From Methanomassiliicoccales archaeon (lineage in GTDB: Archaea; Thermoplasmatota; Thermoplasmata; Methanomassiliicoccales; JACIVX01): a DNA stretch of 64,000 nucleotides. Below the pieces are notes generated by a model that had not been told where the DNA came from, did no database searches, and saw only the letters and a list, made by a program, of their open reading frames with translations. The stretch lies in contig JBEKKT010000003.1 of assembly GCA_050010535.1 (NCBI GenBank), forward strand, positions 1,374-65,373, in the 5' to 3' direction. The position numbers were made by a program, and so were the translations under genes. Shown piece by piece: positions 26,980-35,889 of the stretch. How positions within the stretch are numbered: position 1 is the stretch's first letter; every line of letters begins with the position of its first letter.

Positions 26980-28191
26980 ATGGACGTTGAGAGAGTTCGC
27001 GGGGATTTCCCGATCTACTCCTCCGCAAGAGGCGATATCGTCTACTTCGACAACGCCTGTCAGACCTTCAGGCCCCGACAGGTGATCGAAGCGAGCAACG
27101 ACTACTATTTTGACTTCCCGGCGTGTGGAGGAAGGAGCATCCATCGACTCGCGACCCAGGTCTCGATAAGAATCGATGAGGCGAGAGAGAAGATCGCGCG
27201 GTTCATTGGATGTCCGAACCCCAATGAGATCGTGTTCACGAAGAACTGCACAGAGGGTCTGAATCTAGTCGCGAAAGGGATGAAGTACAAGAAAGGAGAC
27301 GTCGTGCTGACAACGGATATGGAACACAATAGCAACCACGTTCCTTGGATACAATTGACCAAAACGGTCGGCATCAGAAGGAAGTATGTCAAGACCCCTT
27401 CAACTGGTGTCTTCAATGTCGAGGCTTTCAAGGAAGCCATGGCAAAGGAAGTCAGAATCGTAAGCCTAGTTCACACAAATAACGTCACGGGAACGACGAT
27501 CCCGGCAAAGGATGTCGTCGAGATTGCCCACGATCAAGGCGCCGTAGTAATGCTGGACGGAGCTCAGGCAGCCCCTCATATGAGAATCGATATGAAGAAG
27601 CTCGAAGTCGATTTCTACGTGTTCTCGATGCACAAAATGCTCGGTCCTTCAGGGGTCGGTGTGCTGTACGCGAAGGAGGAGATCGCCAAAGACATCGAAC
27701 CGTTGATCACAGGGGGAGGTGGGGTGAGCCTCGCAGAATACGATAGCGCGACTTATCTGCCAATGCCGGACCGATTCGAGGCAGGACTCATGAACTACTC
27801 TGGAGTTATTGGGTCGGCCGCCGCCGTCGATTACCTCTCGGCCCTTGGGATGGATGAGATAAGGGAACACGAGACTGCCTTGAACTCATATGTGACGAAG
27901 GAGTTGAAGGACATCGATCTTGTCAAGGTCCTGGAGCCCCTCGATCCAAGAAAGCGCGGGAGCATATTTCCATTCAATGTGAAAGGGTTGGGATCGCATG
28001 ATGTGGCAATGATTCTTGACGAAGTTGACAAGGTAATGATACGGTCCGGAATGCACTGCACGCACCCATTCTTCATATCAAGAGGTATCGACGGATGCGC
28101 CAGGGCATCCTTCTACGTCTACAACATGATATCAGAGTGTGAGAGGTTCGTGAAAGCGGTCAGAGTGCTAGTCGACAAGTTCTCCATGTAA
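26980..28191 (+). CDS. cysteine desulfurase (class V aminotransferase, SufS/CsdA-like)
   Basis: MDVERVRGDFPIY..YFDNACQTFRP, the PLP lysine block FSMHKMLGPSGVGVLY, and the active-site Cys region RSGMHCTHP are present. ATG 26980 is preferred to the longer track ORF. Confidence 0.88.
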   Translation: MDVERVRGDFPIYSSARGDIVYFDNACQTFRPRQVIEASNDYYFDFPACGGRSIHRLATQVSIRIDEAREKIARFIGCPNPNEIVFTKNCTEGLNLVAKGMKYKKGDVVLTTDMEHNSNHVPWIQLTKTVGIRRKYVKTPSTGVFNVEAFKEAMAKEVRIVSLVHTNNVTGTTIPAKDVVEIAHDQGAVVMLDGAQAAPHMRIDMKKLEVDFYVFSMHKMLGPSGVGVLYAKEEIAKDIEPLITGGGGVSLAEYDSATYLPMPDRFEAGLMNYSGVIGSAAAVDYLSALGMDEIREHETALNSYVTKELKDIDLVKVLEPLDPRKRGSIFPFNVKGLGSHDVAMILDEVDKVMIRSGMHCTHPFFISRGIDGCARASFYVYNMISECERFVKAVRVLVDKFSM

Positions 28192-28339
28192 ACTGACAGC
28201 GTCATTTCATCCTCTCGGACACTCGATTCAACTACGGTTAGCATTCAAACGTCGATCAGAGAAGGGCAGAACGACTCGATGCTATACCTACTGACATGTA
28301 GCAAGACGTCGGGTGTCCAGCCACCCAAATTGCGGGATA

Positions 28340-28900
28340 TCAGACGCCTTTCAATCTGACTTCCTCCACAGTGGAATAAGTCGGTCCTTTGGGACTCAGT
28401 ACACTCTTCTTCAGACTGAGAGCGTCCATCAACTGCACACCGAACTCCTCGTTCATTGAAGCATCGAGTAACTCCCTGACGAATCCCGCAGAACCTCCTT
28501 CTCTCATCCTTGCAAGCGTAATGTGCGGCGCGAAAGGTCTTTCCTCTCTCTTGAATCCATGAAACGAGAGCTCATCGTCGAGCCGTCTTGCTATTAGGCT
28601 CATGTTCTCCCCACCTTCAACGCCAATCCAGACCACCTTAATTCTCGAAATGCTGGGGAAGGCCCCGACACCTTTGAATCTCACGGACATCGGTGCCACG
28701 CCTTCAACAGATCTCTCCATCGCTTCCCTTATTCTTGGTATGAGGACCTCGTCCGTCTCGCCCAGGAACTTGAAAGTCAGATGAATGATATTGGGGTCGA
28801 CGACCTTGAGCATTGATCCGCGGCGTCTTAGCTCCTTGGAGAACTCGACGATTTTCGGATGGACGGCAACGTCCATCGAGATGAAAGCCCTGAAGCTCAA
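28340..28900 (-). CDS. thpR: RNA 2',3'-cyclic phosphodiesterase (2H phosphoesterase, ThpR/LigT family)
   Basis: Two H-x-T/S motifs are present, HLTFKFLG and HITLAR. Length is 186 aa. The TTG start overlaps the macro gene stop. Confidence 0.85.
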   Translation of the reverse strand: MSFRAFISMDVAVHPKIVEFSKELRRRGSMLKVVDPNIIHLTFKFLGETDEVLIPRIREAMERSVEGVAPMSVRFKGVGAFPSISRIKVVWIGVEGGENMSLIARRLDDELSFHGFKREERPFAPHITLARMREGGSAGFVRELLDASMNEEFGVQLMDALSLKKSVLSPKGPTYSTVEEVRLKGV

Positions 28901-29436
28901 CTGCGATCCCCCACCCTTTCCAAGGCGACCTCGAATGCCTTCCTCGCTTCATCATCAAATAGCGTGAACCTTATGAGCCTGATGTGCGTGCCCTTCTGGA
29001 CATAGTCGATTGCCGCACCGATCATCACCGATGCCGCCTCATCCAGAGGGAACCCGCCGACGCCAGTGCCAATCGCAGGAAACGATATGCTCTTCGCCTC
29101 CACGTCGTCTGCCCTCCGGAGGCTCGCTTTCGTGCAGGAGGCAATCTTTCTGGCATCGGTGGCTAGGTCTTTTCCCATTCCAGCGGCGTGAACGACGTAT
29201 TTTGCCTTGAGTCGGCCAGCAGACGTAACGACTGCTTCGCCGATTGGGATTGGACCTTTGGACACTGCCTCTGCCTCGATCGAGGCCCCTCCTCTCATCT
29301 TTATGGCCCCCGCCACGCCCGCCCCCATCCAAAGCCTGTTGTTCGCGGCGTTCACGATCGCATCAGTATCCATCTCGGCTATGTCTCCCTTCATGACTTC
29401 GAAACCCACTCCTCCGATGATCCTCCTCGTCGCCAT
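28897..29436 (-). CDS. macro domain protein (ADP-ribose binding/hydrolase)
   Basis: DAIVNAANNRLWMGAGVAGAI and SISFPAIGTGVGGFP are canonical macro-domain blocks. Length is 179 aa. Confidence 0.88.
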   Translation of the reverse strand: MATRRIIGGVGFEVMKGDIAEMDTDAIVNAANNRLWMGAGVAGAIKMRGGASIEAEAVSKGPIPIGEAVVTSAGRLKAKYVVHAAGMGKDLATDARKIASCTKASLRRADDVEAKSISFPAIGTGVGGFPLDEAASVMIGAAIDYVQKGTHIRLIRFTLFDDEARKAFEVALERVGDRS

Positions 29437-29537
29437 TACCCATTCTCCCTTTCAAGCATTGTCCATTATGTCATCGACGATGTCTCGGGCAAACCTTAAA
29501 GAAATGGTTATCCAAATGGAGTGACGTTGGAAAATCA

Positions 29538-30475
29538 ATGATTTACGATTTGATCATAATCGGCGCCGGACCGGGCGGCCTTACCGCGGGAGTGTTCGCC
29601 AGATCCAGGAAGCTCAGTACGCTCATTCTGGTGCGGGTGTTTCGGGTGGGCAGCTCGTGACCCTTTATCCAGACAAAGGGGTAGAGAATTACCCAGGCTG
29701 TGTGATCACCCAGGCAGCGAAGCTCGCCCAGAGACTGAGGACCCACGCCCAGAGCATGGGTTGCGAAATCTGCGAGAATGAGAATGTCCTCGACATAATC
29801 GATAGGGATGGGAACCTAGCCGTCAGGTCGGACCATGGAGAGTATGAGGCAAAGGGCGTGATGATCGCCATAGGCATCGGTCTCTTCAAACCAAAGAAGC
29901 TCGATGCACCGGGAGAGGAGAAGTTCGTTGACGGCGGAGTCTTCTACAAGCTTCCAGACAAGGAACGACTGGTCGACAAGCGTGTGCTGTTCGTCGGCGG
30001 AGGCAACAGTGCTCTCGAGATGGCACTCATCGCGAAGGATGTGGCGAAGGTATATATCGTCCATCGACGCGACAAGTTCAGAGCAGATGAGAGCATCGTG
30101 GAGCGTGTCAACGCCGCCAGGATCAGGGCGATCATGAGTGCCGAGGTCGAGGAGATTTGCGGTGGGGACACTGTCGAGCATGTGTGGGTTAGGACAGGGA
30201 ATCCCCCTGAGAGAATGAAAATCGATGTCGATCTTGTCATCATCAACATCGGATTCACCCCTGAAATCGAGCATCTTGAAAGATGGGGGGTCGAGATTGA
30301 GGACAACCAGATCAAGGTCGATACAGACATGCGAACCTCTAGACAGGGTGTTTTCGCATGCGGGGACATCGTTACTTACAAAGGGGAGTACGAGCAGATT
30401 GTGACGGTGTGCGGGGAGGCAGCTACCGCTGCCAACAGCGCGTACAAGTACATCATGAAGCCGTACTGGGCATAA
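29538..30475 (+). pseudogene. thioredoxin-reductase-like ferredoxin-NADP+ reductase, frameshifted
   Basis: ATG 29538 opens MIYDLIIIGAGPGGLTAGVFARSRKLSTLIL, the FAD GxGxxG fold. This frame stops at 29658..29660. The continuation AGVSGGQLVTLYPDKGVENYPG... (track ORF 29657..30475, with GGGNSALEMA and ACGD) is in frame +2 starting at 29633. One nucleotide therefore appears to be missing near 29631..29633. No CxxC redox motif is present, so it is FNR-type rather than TrxR. Confidence 0.75.
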
Positions 30476-30531
30476 GAAGACTCCTTCCCGGAAGAATCAC
30501 TTCTCCGAACCTATCTTGGCCTTGACCGCCT

Positions 30532-31235
30532 TCACGGAGAGTGCAACCAAGATAAACGCAATGCCAGACCTACGAAGTCCGCGATAGGGCCAATCTTCGA
30601 ATCAAACAGGCCGCCGAAAGAAAGGAACAGATTGAAGATCGCGTGCATGAGGACCGCCAAAAGGTACTAGGGTACCTATGACCTTCCCCCGATTCTGCTC
30701 CTCGCCAGGCCGTATCTGCTCATCCACGTTGCGCAGCCATGAATCAGAGCGGACGAGAAGCCCCTGTGAATGTGGTTGTCAGGAAAAGCACGACCACTCC
30801 ACTGAGATAACCTGATCCTTCGTTATGCATGTTCTCGGTAGCTATGAATTCCAGGCCGACCGCCGCCCCGAAAATGAGCCCGCTATTCGAGTGATCGATG
30901 AACCCTCATGTTCGGAAGAGTCATAAGAGCTTGGCGAACTCCTTGATGAATGAGGCGACGATGACAACCATCAGGAACGTCATCATTGACGTGTCCTTTA
31001 CGAATAGATCATCCTCTTTGACAATCGGAAACGACAGAAGCGCGGTCGCAAGAAGCTCGAGCGTGATCGAGATTACGATGGCGACAAAGACCCCGAATAG
31101 AAACGCGATTGAAAGCTGGAACGATGGCTGCTTTCTTCCCCTTGCCCCAGACATGATCCAAGCCAGGAATATCATTGCTTGGACAAAGGAGGCATGGGTT
31201 ATGATCAATAGCGTGCCGGCACTGGTCGGGACCAT
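30532..31235 (-). pseudogene. PrsW-family intramembrane protease, heavily decayed
   Basis: Track ORF 30921..31235 ends FIKEFAKLL-TGA. Continuing in the same frame gives LFRT-TGA-GFIDHSNSGLIFGAAVGLEFIATENMHN...ASRPL-TGA, which contains the GxGFaxxEN motif. After a shift it reads LIHGCATWMSRYGLARSRIGGRS-TAG-VP-TAG-YLLAVLMHAIFNLFLSF..., which contains the H..fN motif. That is five in-frame stops and at least one frameshift. Confidence 0.7.
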
Positions 31236-31410
31236 CCAGTTGGAAATGCTGCACTTCAGTATTGATGGTTCGCCCCTGAGTCACGTGGTCAAGGCGTGCG
31301 ACTAGGATTCCAGAACAAGACCCGAAAGACCCTCATAGAAAAGAAAGAATCCCAGCGATGGTTGGAATCCGTATGCGACTCGAATCCACTCGGTGACCGA
31401 ACCAGATGCT

Positions 31411-31587
31411 CTACTTTTTGACAACAGTGACGGCGTTGTTCGGACACTCATCCGCGCATGCGCCGCAGTCCACACATTCTCCTTCGTTGACGACAGCGAC
31501 ATCATCGACCGCAATAGCCTCTCGAGGACAGACATCCGCGCACGCGCCGCACCCAACACATTCGTCAACATTGACCTTGGCAACCAT
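31411..31587 (-). CDS. 2x[4Fe-4S] ferredoxin (58 aa, absent from the ORF track)
   Basis: My own translation is MVAKVNVDECVGCGACADVCPREAIAVDDVAVVNEGECVDCGACADECPNNAVTVVKK-TAG. It has two CxxCxxCxxxCP motifs. The 120-aa track ORF 31302..31664 on this strand is in a different frame and is rejected. Confidence 0.85.
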   Translation of the reverse strand: MVAKVNVDECVGCGACADVCPREAIAVDDVAVVNEGECVDCGACADECPNNAVTVVKK

Positions 31588-31695
31588 AGTGATACCTCTC
31601 CGCCCCTTACATGAAATGGGATATAAAATGTTTTTGAAGAACTAGTAAGGGAGAGTGCGCACAAATTAAAGTATTCAGCCCTCTATTCATCGCTG

Positions 31696-32769
31696 ATGCG
31701 GTACGTGGAGGGGTCCGTTTTCACCGACTGTGGTTTCATTAATGGATACGTTGGTTTCGAGGCCGGGCTCATCAAAGAGGTAGAAAGGGGGCGTGTTGAT
31801 TCTCCCTTGGCGAAAGGGATCGTCCTCCCCACCTTCGTGAATTCCCACACACACCTTGCTGACTATGTCGTTCCGGTTGATCTGGCCCTTAGTCTCGAAG
31901 AAATCGTTGCACCCCCCTCCGGTTTGAAGCACAGAATCTTGAAAGAGACGCCGCCAGAGGTCCTTAGCCGATCGATGAGGATGCTATCCCAGCGGATGTT
32001 TCGCCGGGGTACGTCCAGATTCGTCGATTTCAGAGAAGGTGGAATTAGAGGTACTTATCAACTGTCTTCGCAACGGGAGGGTCGGTGCAGACCTGTCATA
32101 CTTGGCAGGCCTGAGGACCTCGATTTCGACAAAGAGGAGATGACCCAGCTCCTGAAAGTTGTCGACGGAGTGGGGTTATCGAGCGTTTCCGACTGGAACC
32201 CGGACACGATCGCCAGGCTCGCATCGTTCGTCAGGTCAAAGGGGAAGATGTTCGCGATTCACGCCAGCGAGAGGGTTAGAGAGAACCTCGATCAGATTCT
32301 CGACCTGAGGCCATCTTTCCTCGTACATATGACGATGGCCACGCATGATGATATCGCTATCTGCGCGCAGGAGGGCATCCCGATCGTCGTCTGCCCCCGA
32401 TCAAACCTTTTCTTCGGGAAGATGCCCCCCTTGAAAGAGATGATCGAGGCCGGGGTTACACTAGCTCTCGGGACCGACAACGCGATGTTCTCGGTGCCGG
32501 ACATGTTCATCGAGATGGAATTCGCGGGCAGGTTGCTCCGTTGTCAGGGCGTGAAGAAAGTCGATCATGCGGTCGATATGGCTGTGAGCAATGGGCGAAA
32601 GATATTAAATCAGAAGGTTGCAATAGGTATTGAGCCCGACACGCCATGTGACTTCATGGTAGTGGGCACAAAGAACGGTGATGCCGCGACGGATCTAGTA
32701 CTGCGCTCCACTGCGGACGATCCTAAGCTAATCTGCATGGGTAAAAAGGTCTGGAGAGTGAACCGATGA
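31696..32769 (+). CDS. amidohydrolase family protein (metal-dependent hydrolase/deaminase-like)
   Basis: It has the FVNSHTHLADY HxH metal motif near the N-terminus, IHASE, and LGTDNAM. Length is 357 aa. The substrate is not assignable. Confidence 0.75.
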   Translation: MRYVEGSVFTDCGFINGYVGFEAGLIKEVERGRVDSPLAKGIVLPTFVNSHTHLADYVVPVDLALSLEEIVAPPSGLKHRILKETPPEVLSRSMRMLSQRMFRRGTSRFVDFREGGIRGTYQLSSQREGRCRPVILGRPEDLDFDKEEMTQLLKVVDGVGLSSVSDWNPDTIARLASFVRSKGKMFAIHASERVRENLDQILDLRPSFLVHMTMATHDDIAICAQEGIPIVVCPRSNLFFGKMPPLKEMIEAGVTLALGTDNAMFSVPDMFIEMEFAGRLLRCQGVKKVDHAVDMAVSNGRKILNQKVAIGIEPDTPCDFMVVGTKNGDAATDLVLRSTADDPKLICMGKKVWRVNR

Positions 32770-33212
32770 GTCTGTTCAAGAAGATACTGATACCGACTGA
32801 TGGAAGTGAGTACACGAAAGCGGCCATAGGCAAGGGCCTCGAACTTGCCAAACTCATGGACGCTCAGGTCACGGCCCTTTACGTCGTCGACCAGACCTCA
32901 TTCATCAATTTCCCGATGGATTCAACGATAGTCAGCGTCTATTCGCTTCTGGAGAAGGAGGGCAAGGATGCTGTGGATTTCGTGAAGACGGAGGGCGCGA
33001 AGACCGGCGTCAAGGTGGACGCGATCGTGGAGGAGGGCTCGCCAGTGAGAAAGATCGTTGAGGCCTCTCGAGCTCATGATCTCATCGTCATGGGAACGCT
33101 CGGCCGAACCGGCATGTCCAAAATCCTTCTGGGCAGCGTTGCCGAGCGCGTCGTGAGATACGCTCATTGCCCCGTTCTCGTCGTCAGGGCGACCAGGGAG
33201 GAATCTTCATGA
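32766..33212 (+). CDS. universal stress protein (UspA family)
   Basis: KKILIPTDGSEYTKAA and MGTLGRTGMSKILLGSVAERVVRYAHCPVLVV are present. It overlaps both neighbouring genes by 4 nt. Confidence 0.88.
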   Translation: MSLFKKILIPTDGSEYTKAAIGKGLELAKLMDAQVTALYVVDQTSFINFPMDSTIVSVYSLLEKEGKDAVDFVKTEGAKTGVKVDAIVEEGSPVRKIVEASRAHDLIVMGTLGRTGMSKILLGSVAERVVRYAHCPVLVVRATREESS

Positions 33213-34060
33213 CAATGGTAGAGGAAGTGATGACCCCGAATCCGATAGTCGCCCAGGTACCGGGCAACAGAAACGATGTGCTAAAGACAATGGTCAAACA
33301 CAATCTGACCGGACTGCCCGTCGTTAGGAGGAACGATGGTTCTTTGGCAGGGTTGATAACCAGGCAGGACATATTCGAAAAGCCAGACGAGGATCAGTTG
33401 GCGTTGATAATGAACAGGGACCCACCATCCATCGGCCCGAAGGACAACGTGAAGAAGGCGGCCCAGATATTCTGCACGAGGCAGACCCGCCATCTTCCCG
33501 TGGTGGAAGCAAAGAAGCTCGTGGGGATCGTCACACCAACCGACCTCCTATCCGTCGTGGAGAAGATTGCGACGAACGTCCCGGTCGAGAGCGTGATCCG
33601 CTCCCCGTGCGTCCCGATTTATCAGGACGCCCCCTTGGCTGTCGCCCTTGTGACATTCAAAGTCACGAAGGCGAATGCGCTGCCGGTCCTCGACGACACC
33701 GGCAGACTGTCTGGCATACTGACGGACAGGGACATTTTCAACAAATCGTACGTCAACGGCTCCGTTGCGATGGCGGACCTGGGGATAGGGCAAGACGAGG
33801 ACGAGTGGACCTGGGAGGGTCTTCGGAACGTCATGAAGCTTTGGTACGAGGTGTCGAAGATAGAACTCCCTGGTTTACCAGTCAGGGATATTATGGTCCG
33901 CTCCCCGGTCACGGTTTTCAGGAAGACGAGCATATCCGAAGCGGCCAGGATCATGAGGAAGAACGATTTCGGACAGCTGCCGGTCAGAGATTCGAAGGAC
34001 AACCTGCTTGCCATGATTTATGATTTTGACGTCATATCGTTTCTTGCTGGGGATTTGTGA
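33209..34060 (+). CDS. CBS domain protein (four CBS motifs)
   Basis: ATG 33209 overlaps the usp TGA (ATGA). It has repeated CBS blocks: VMTPNPIV...LTGLPVV, GIVTPTDLL, ALPVLDDTGRLSGILTDRDI and GQLPVRDSKDNLLAMIYDFDV. Confidence 0.85.
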   Translation: MTMVEEVMTPNPIVAQVPGNRNDVLKTMVKHNLTGLPVVRRNDGSLAGLITRQDIFEKPDEDQLALIMNRDPPSIGPKDNVKKAAQIFCTRQTRHLPVVEAKKLVGIVTPTDLLSVVEKIATNVPVESVIRSPCVPIYQDAPLAVALVTFKVTKANALPVLDDTGRLSGILTDRDIFNKSYVNGSVAMADLGIGQDEDEWTWEGLRNVMKLWYEVSKIELPGLPVRDIMVRSPVTVFRKTSISEAARIMRKNDFGQLPVRDSKDNLLAMIYDFDVISFLAGDL

Positions 34061-35751
34061 TGGAAGCTGCGGACGTCCTTTCGCTGTGCAAGCGAAGAGG
34101 ATTCATTTGGCCGGCTTATGAGATATATGGCGGTGTGGCGGGCATGTATGATTACGGCCCGCTTGGTGTGATACTGAAGAACAACATCATCGACGTTTGG
34201 CGGAATGCATACACGCTGGGCGAGGGCTTCATCGAGATCGACGGCGACACGATCGGACCTGAGATCGTTTTCAAGGCCTCGGGTCACGTCGACGCGTTCT
34301 CGGACAAGATTGTCTCTTGCCTCTCTTGCAAGGAGTCGTTCAGAGCGGACCACCTGGCGAAGGACCTCAGCCCAAAGTCCGGCGCTCTTCCGATTAAGGA
34401 ACTCGAGGACCTTCTGAAAGCGAACGGGGTCAAGTGCCCACAGTGCGGAGGAGACCTTTCAAATGTCGAGGATTTCAATCTAATGTTCAAGACTACGATA
34501 GGCCCGGGTTTCGGCAGGAAGGGGTATCTTAGGCCGGAGACCGCGCAGGGAATCTTCGTGGATTACGTCCCTTTGTATCGATACGTGAGGGAGAGATTGC
34601 CTTTCGGAGCCATACAAATAGGGAGGGGGTATAGGAATGAGATCTCTCCCCGCCAGGGCGTCATCAGGCTGAGGGAATTCAACATGATGGAGGCGGAGCT
34701 GTTCGTGGACCCTGAGAACAAGACCTGGCCTCGCTTCGACAAGGTGAGGAACGAGATGATGAAGCTCGTCCCGAACGACGGATCCGAGGTGGAGATGACA
34801 GTCGGAGAGGCCGTTGACAAGGGCGTCATCGCGCACGCGACACTCGGGTACTTCATGTGTTTCACTCAAGAATTCCTGAAGACGGTCGGAGTCGATCCGG
34901 AGAGAATGAGGTTCCGCCAACATCTCAAGACGGAGATGGCACACTACGCGATCGACTGCTGGGACGTCGAGGCGCTGCTCAGCTACGGCTGGACGGAGAT
35001 CGTCGGCATTGCGGATAGGGGAGCTTGGGACCTGTCCAGGCACATCCAGTTCTCGAATGCGGACATGACGGCTTTCAAGCGCTTCGACGAACCGCAGGAG
35101 GTCGAGCGCGAGGTGATCAAGGCCAGGTACGATACACTAGGTCCAGTTTTCAAGGGCAAGTCCGCAAAGATCGGGAAAACGCTCGAGGCGGCGGACCCAT
35201 CTGAAGCGAGGGTGGGGCACATCACCATCGAAGTCGATGGGGAGCCCATCACCCTCGAAAGCAAGTACTTCGAGGTTGCGAAAGTCAAGGAGAAGATCAG
35301 CGGGAAGAAGGTCGTTCCGCACGTGATCGAGCCCTCCCACGGTCTGGACCGGATATTGTACACCTGCCTTGAGCACGCATACAGTCCGTCGGCCGACGGA
35401 TACATCGTGCTTCGCCTCAAGCCGATTGTCGCGCCGATCAAGGTGGGCGTTTTTCCACTCATGTCAAAGGATAATCTTGACACGAAGGCGGCCGAGATCG
35501 ACGAGAGGCTCAGGATGAGCGGCATAACGACTTACTTCGACGACTCGGGATCAATCGGCAGGCGATATGCGAGGATGGATGAAGCGGGAACCCCCTGGTG
35601 CATCACTGTGGACTATGACACTCCAAAGGATGGGTCGGTCACGATTCGGGACAGAAATACGACTAAGCAGATCCGGATACCGGCCGAGAGCGTGGTTTCA
35701 ATAGTGAACGCATTGATTTGCGGAAGCCCGTTCAACGACCTTAAGAAATGA
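34057..35751 (+). CDS. glyS: glycine--tRNA ligase (archaeal/eukaryotic dimeric type)
   Basis: KRRGFIWPAYEIYGGVAGMYDYGPLG, RPETAQGIF and FRNEISPRQGVIRLREF are GlyRS class II motifs. Length is 564 aa. Confidence 0.92.
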   Translation: MMEAADVLSLCKRRGFIWPAYEIYGGVAGMYDYGPLGVILKNNIIDVWRNAYTLGEGFIEIDGDTIGPEIVFKASGHVDAFSDKIVSCLSCKESFRADHLAKDLSPKSGALPIKELEDLLKANGVKCPQCGGDLSNVEDFNLMFKTTIGPGFGRKGYLRPETAQGIFVDYVPLYRYVRERLPFGAIQIGRGYRNEISPRQGVIRLREFNMMEAELFVDPENKTWPRFDKVRNEMMKLVPNDGSEVEMTVGEAVDKGVIAHATLGYFMCFTQEFLKTVGVDPERMRFRQHLKTEMAHYAIDCWDVEALLSYGWTEIVGIADRGAWDLSRHIQFSNADMTAFKRFDEPQEVEREVIKARYDTLGPVFKGKSAKIGKTLEAADPSEARVGHITIEVDGEPITLESKYFEVAKVKEKISGKKVVPHVIEPSHGLDRILYTCLEHAYSPSADGYIVLRLKPIVAPIKVGVFPLMSKDNLDTKAAEIDERLRMSGITTYFDDSGSIGRRYARMDEAGTPWCITVDYDTPKDGSVTIRDRNTTKQIRIPAESVVSIVNALICGSPFNDLKK

Positions 35752-35889
35752 ATGGGCTGGAATCGGTGGGATTGGAGGCAGGAATGCAGCTCCGATGCGC
35801 ATCGATCCTGATGTAAACCCGACTCGATAGACCGGTAGATGCTGTTTAAGTAACTTTGGCTCCAATATGCAGGAACGGGGTGAGAGGAA

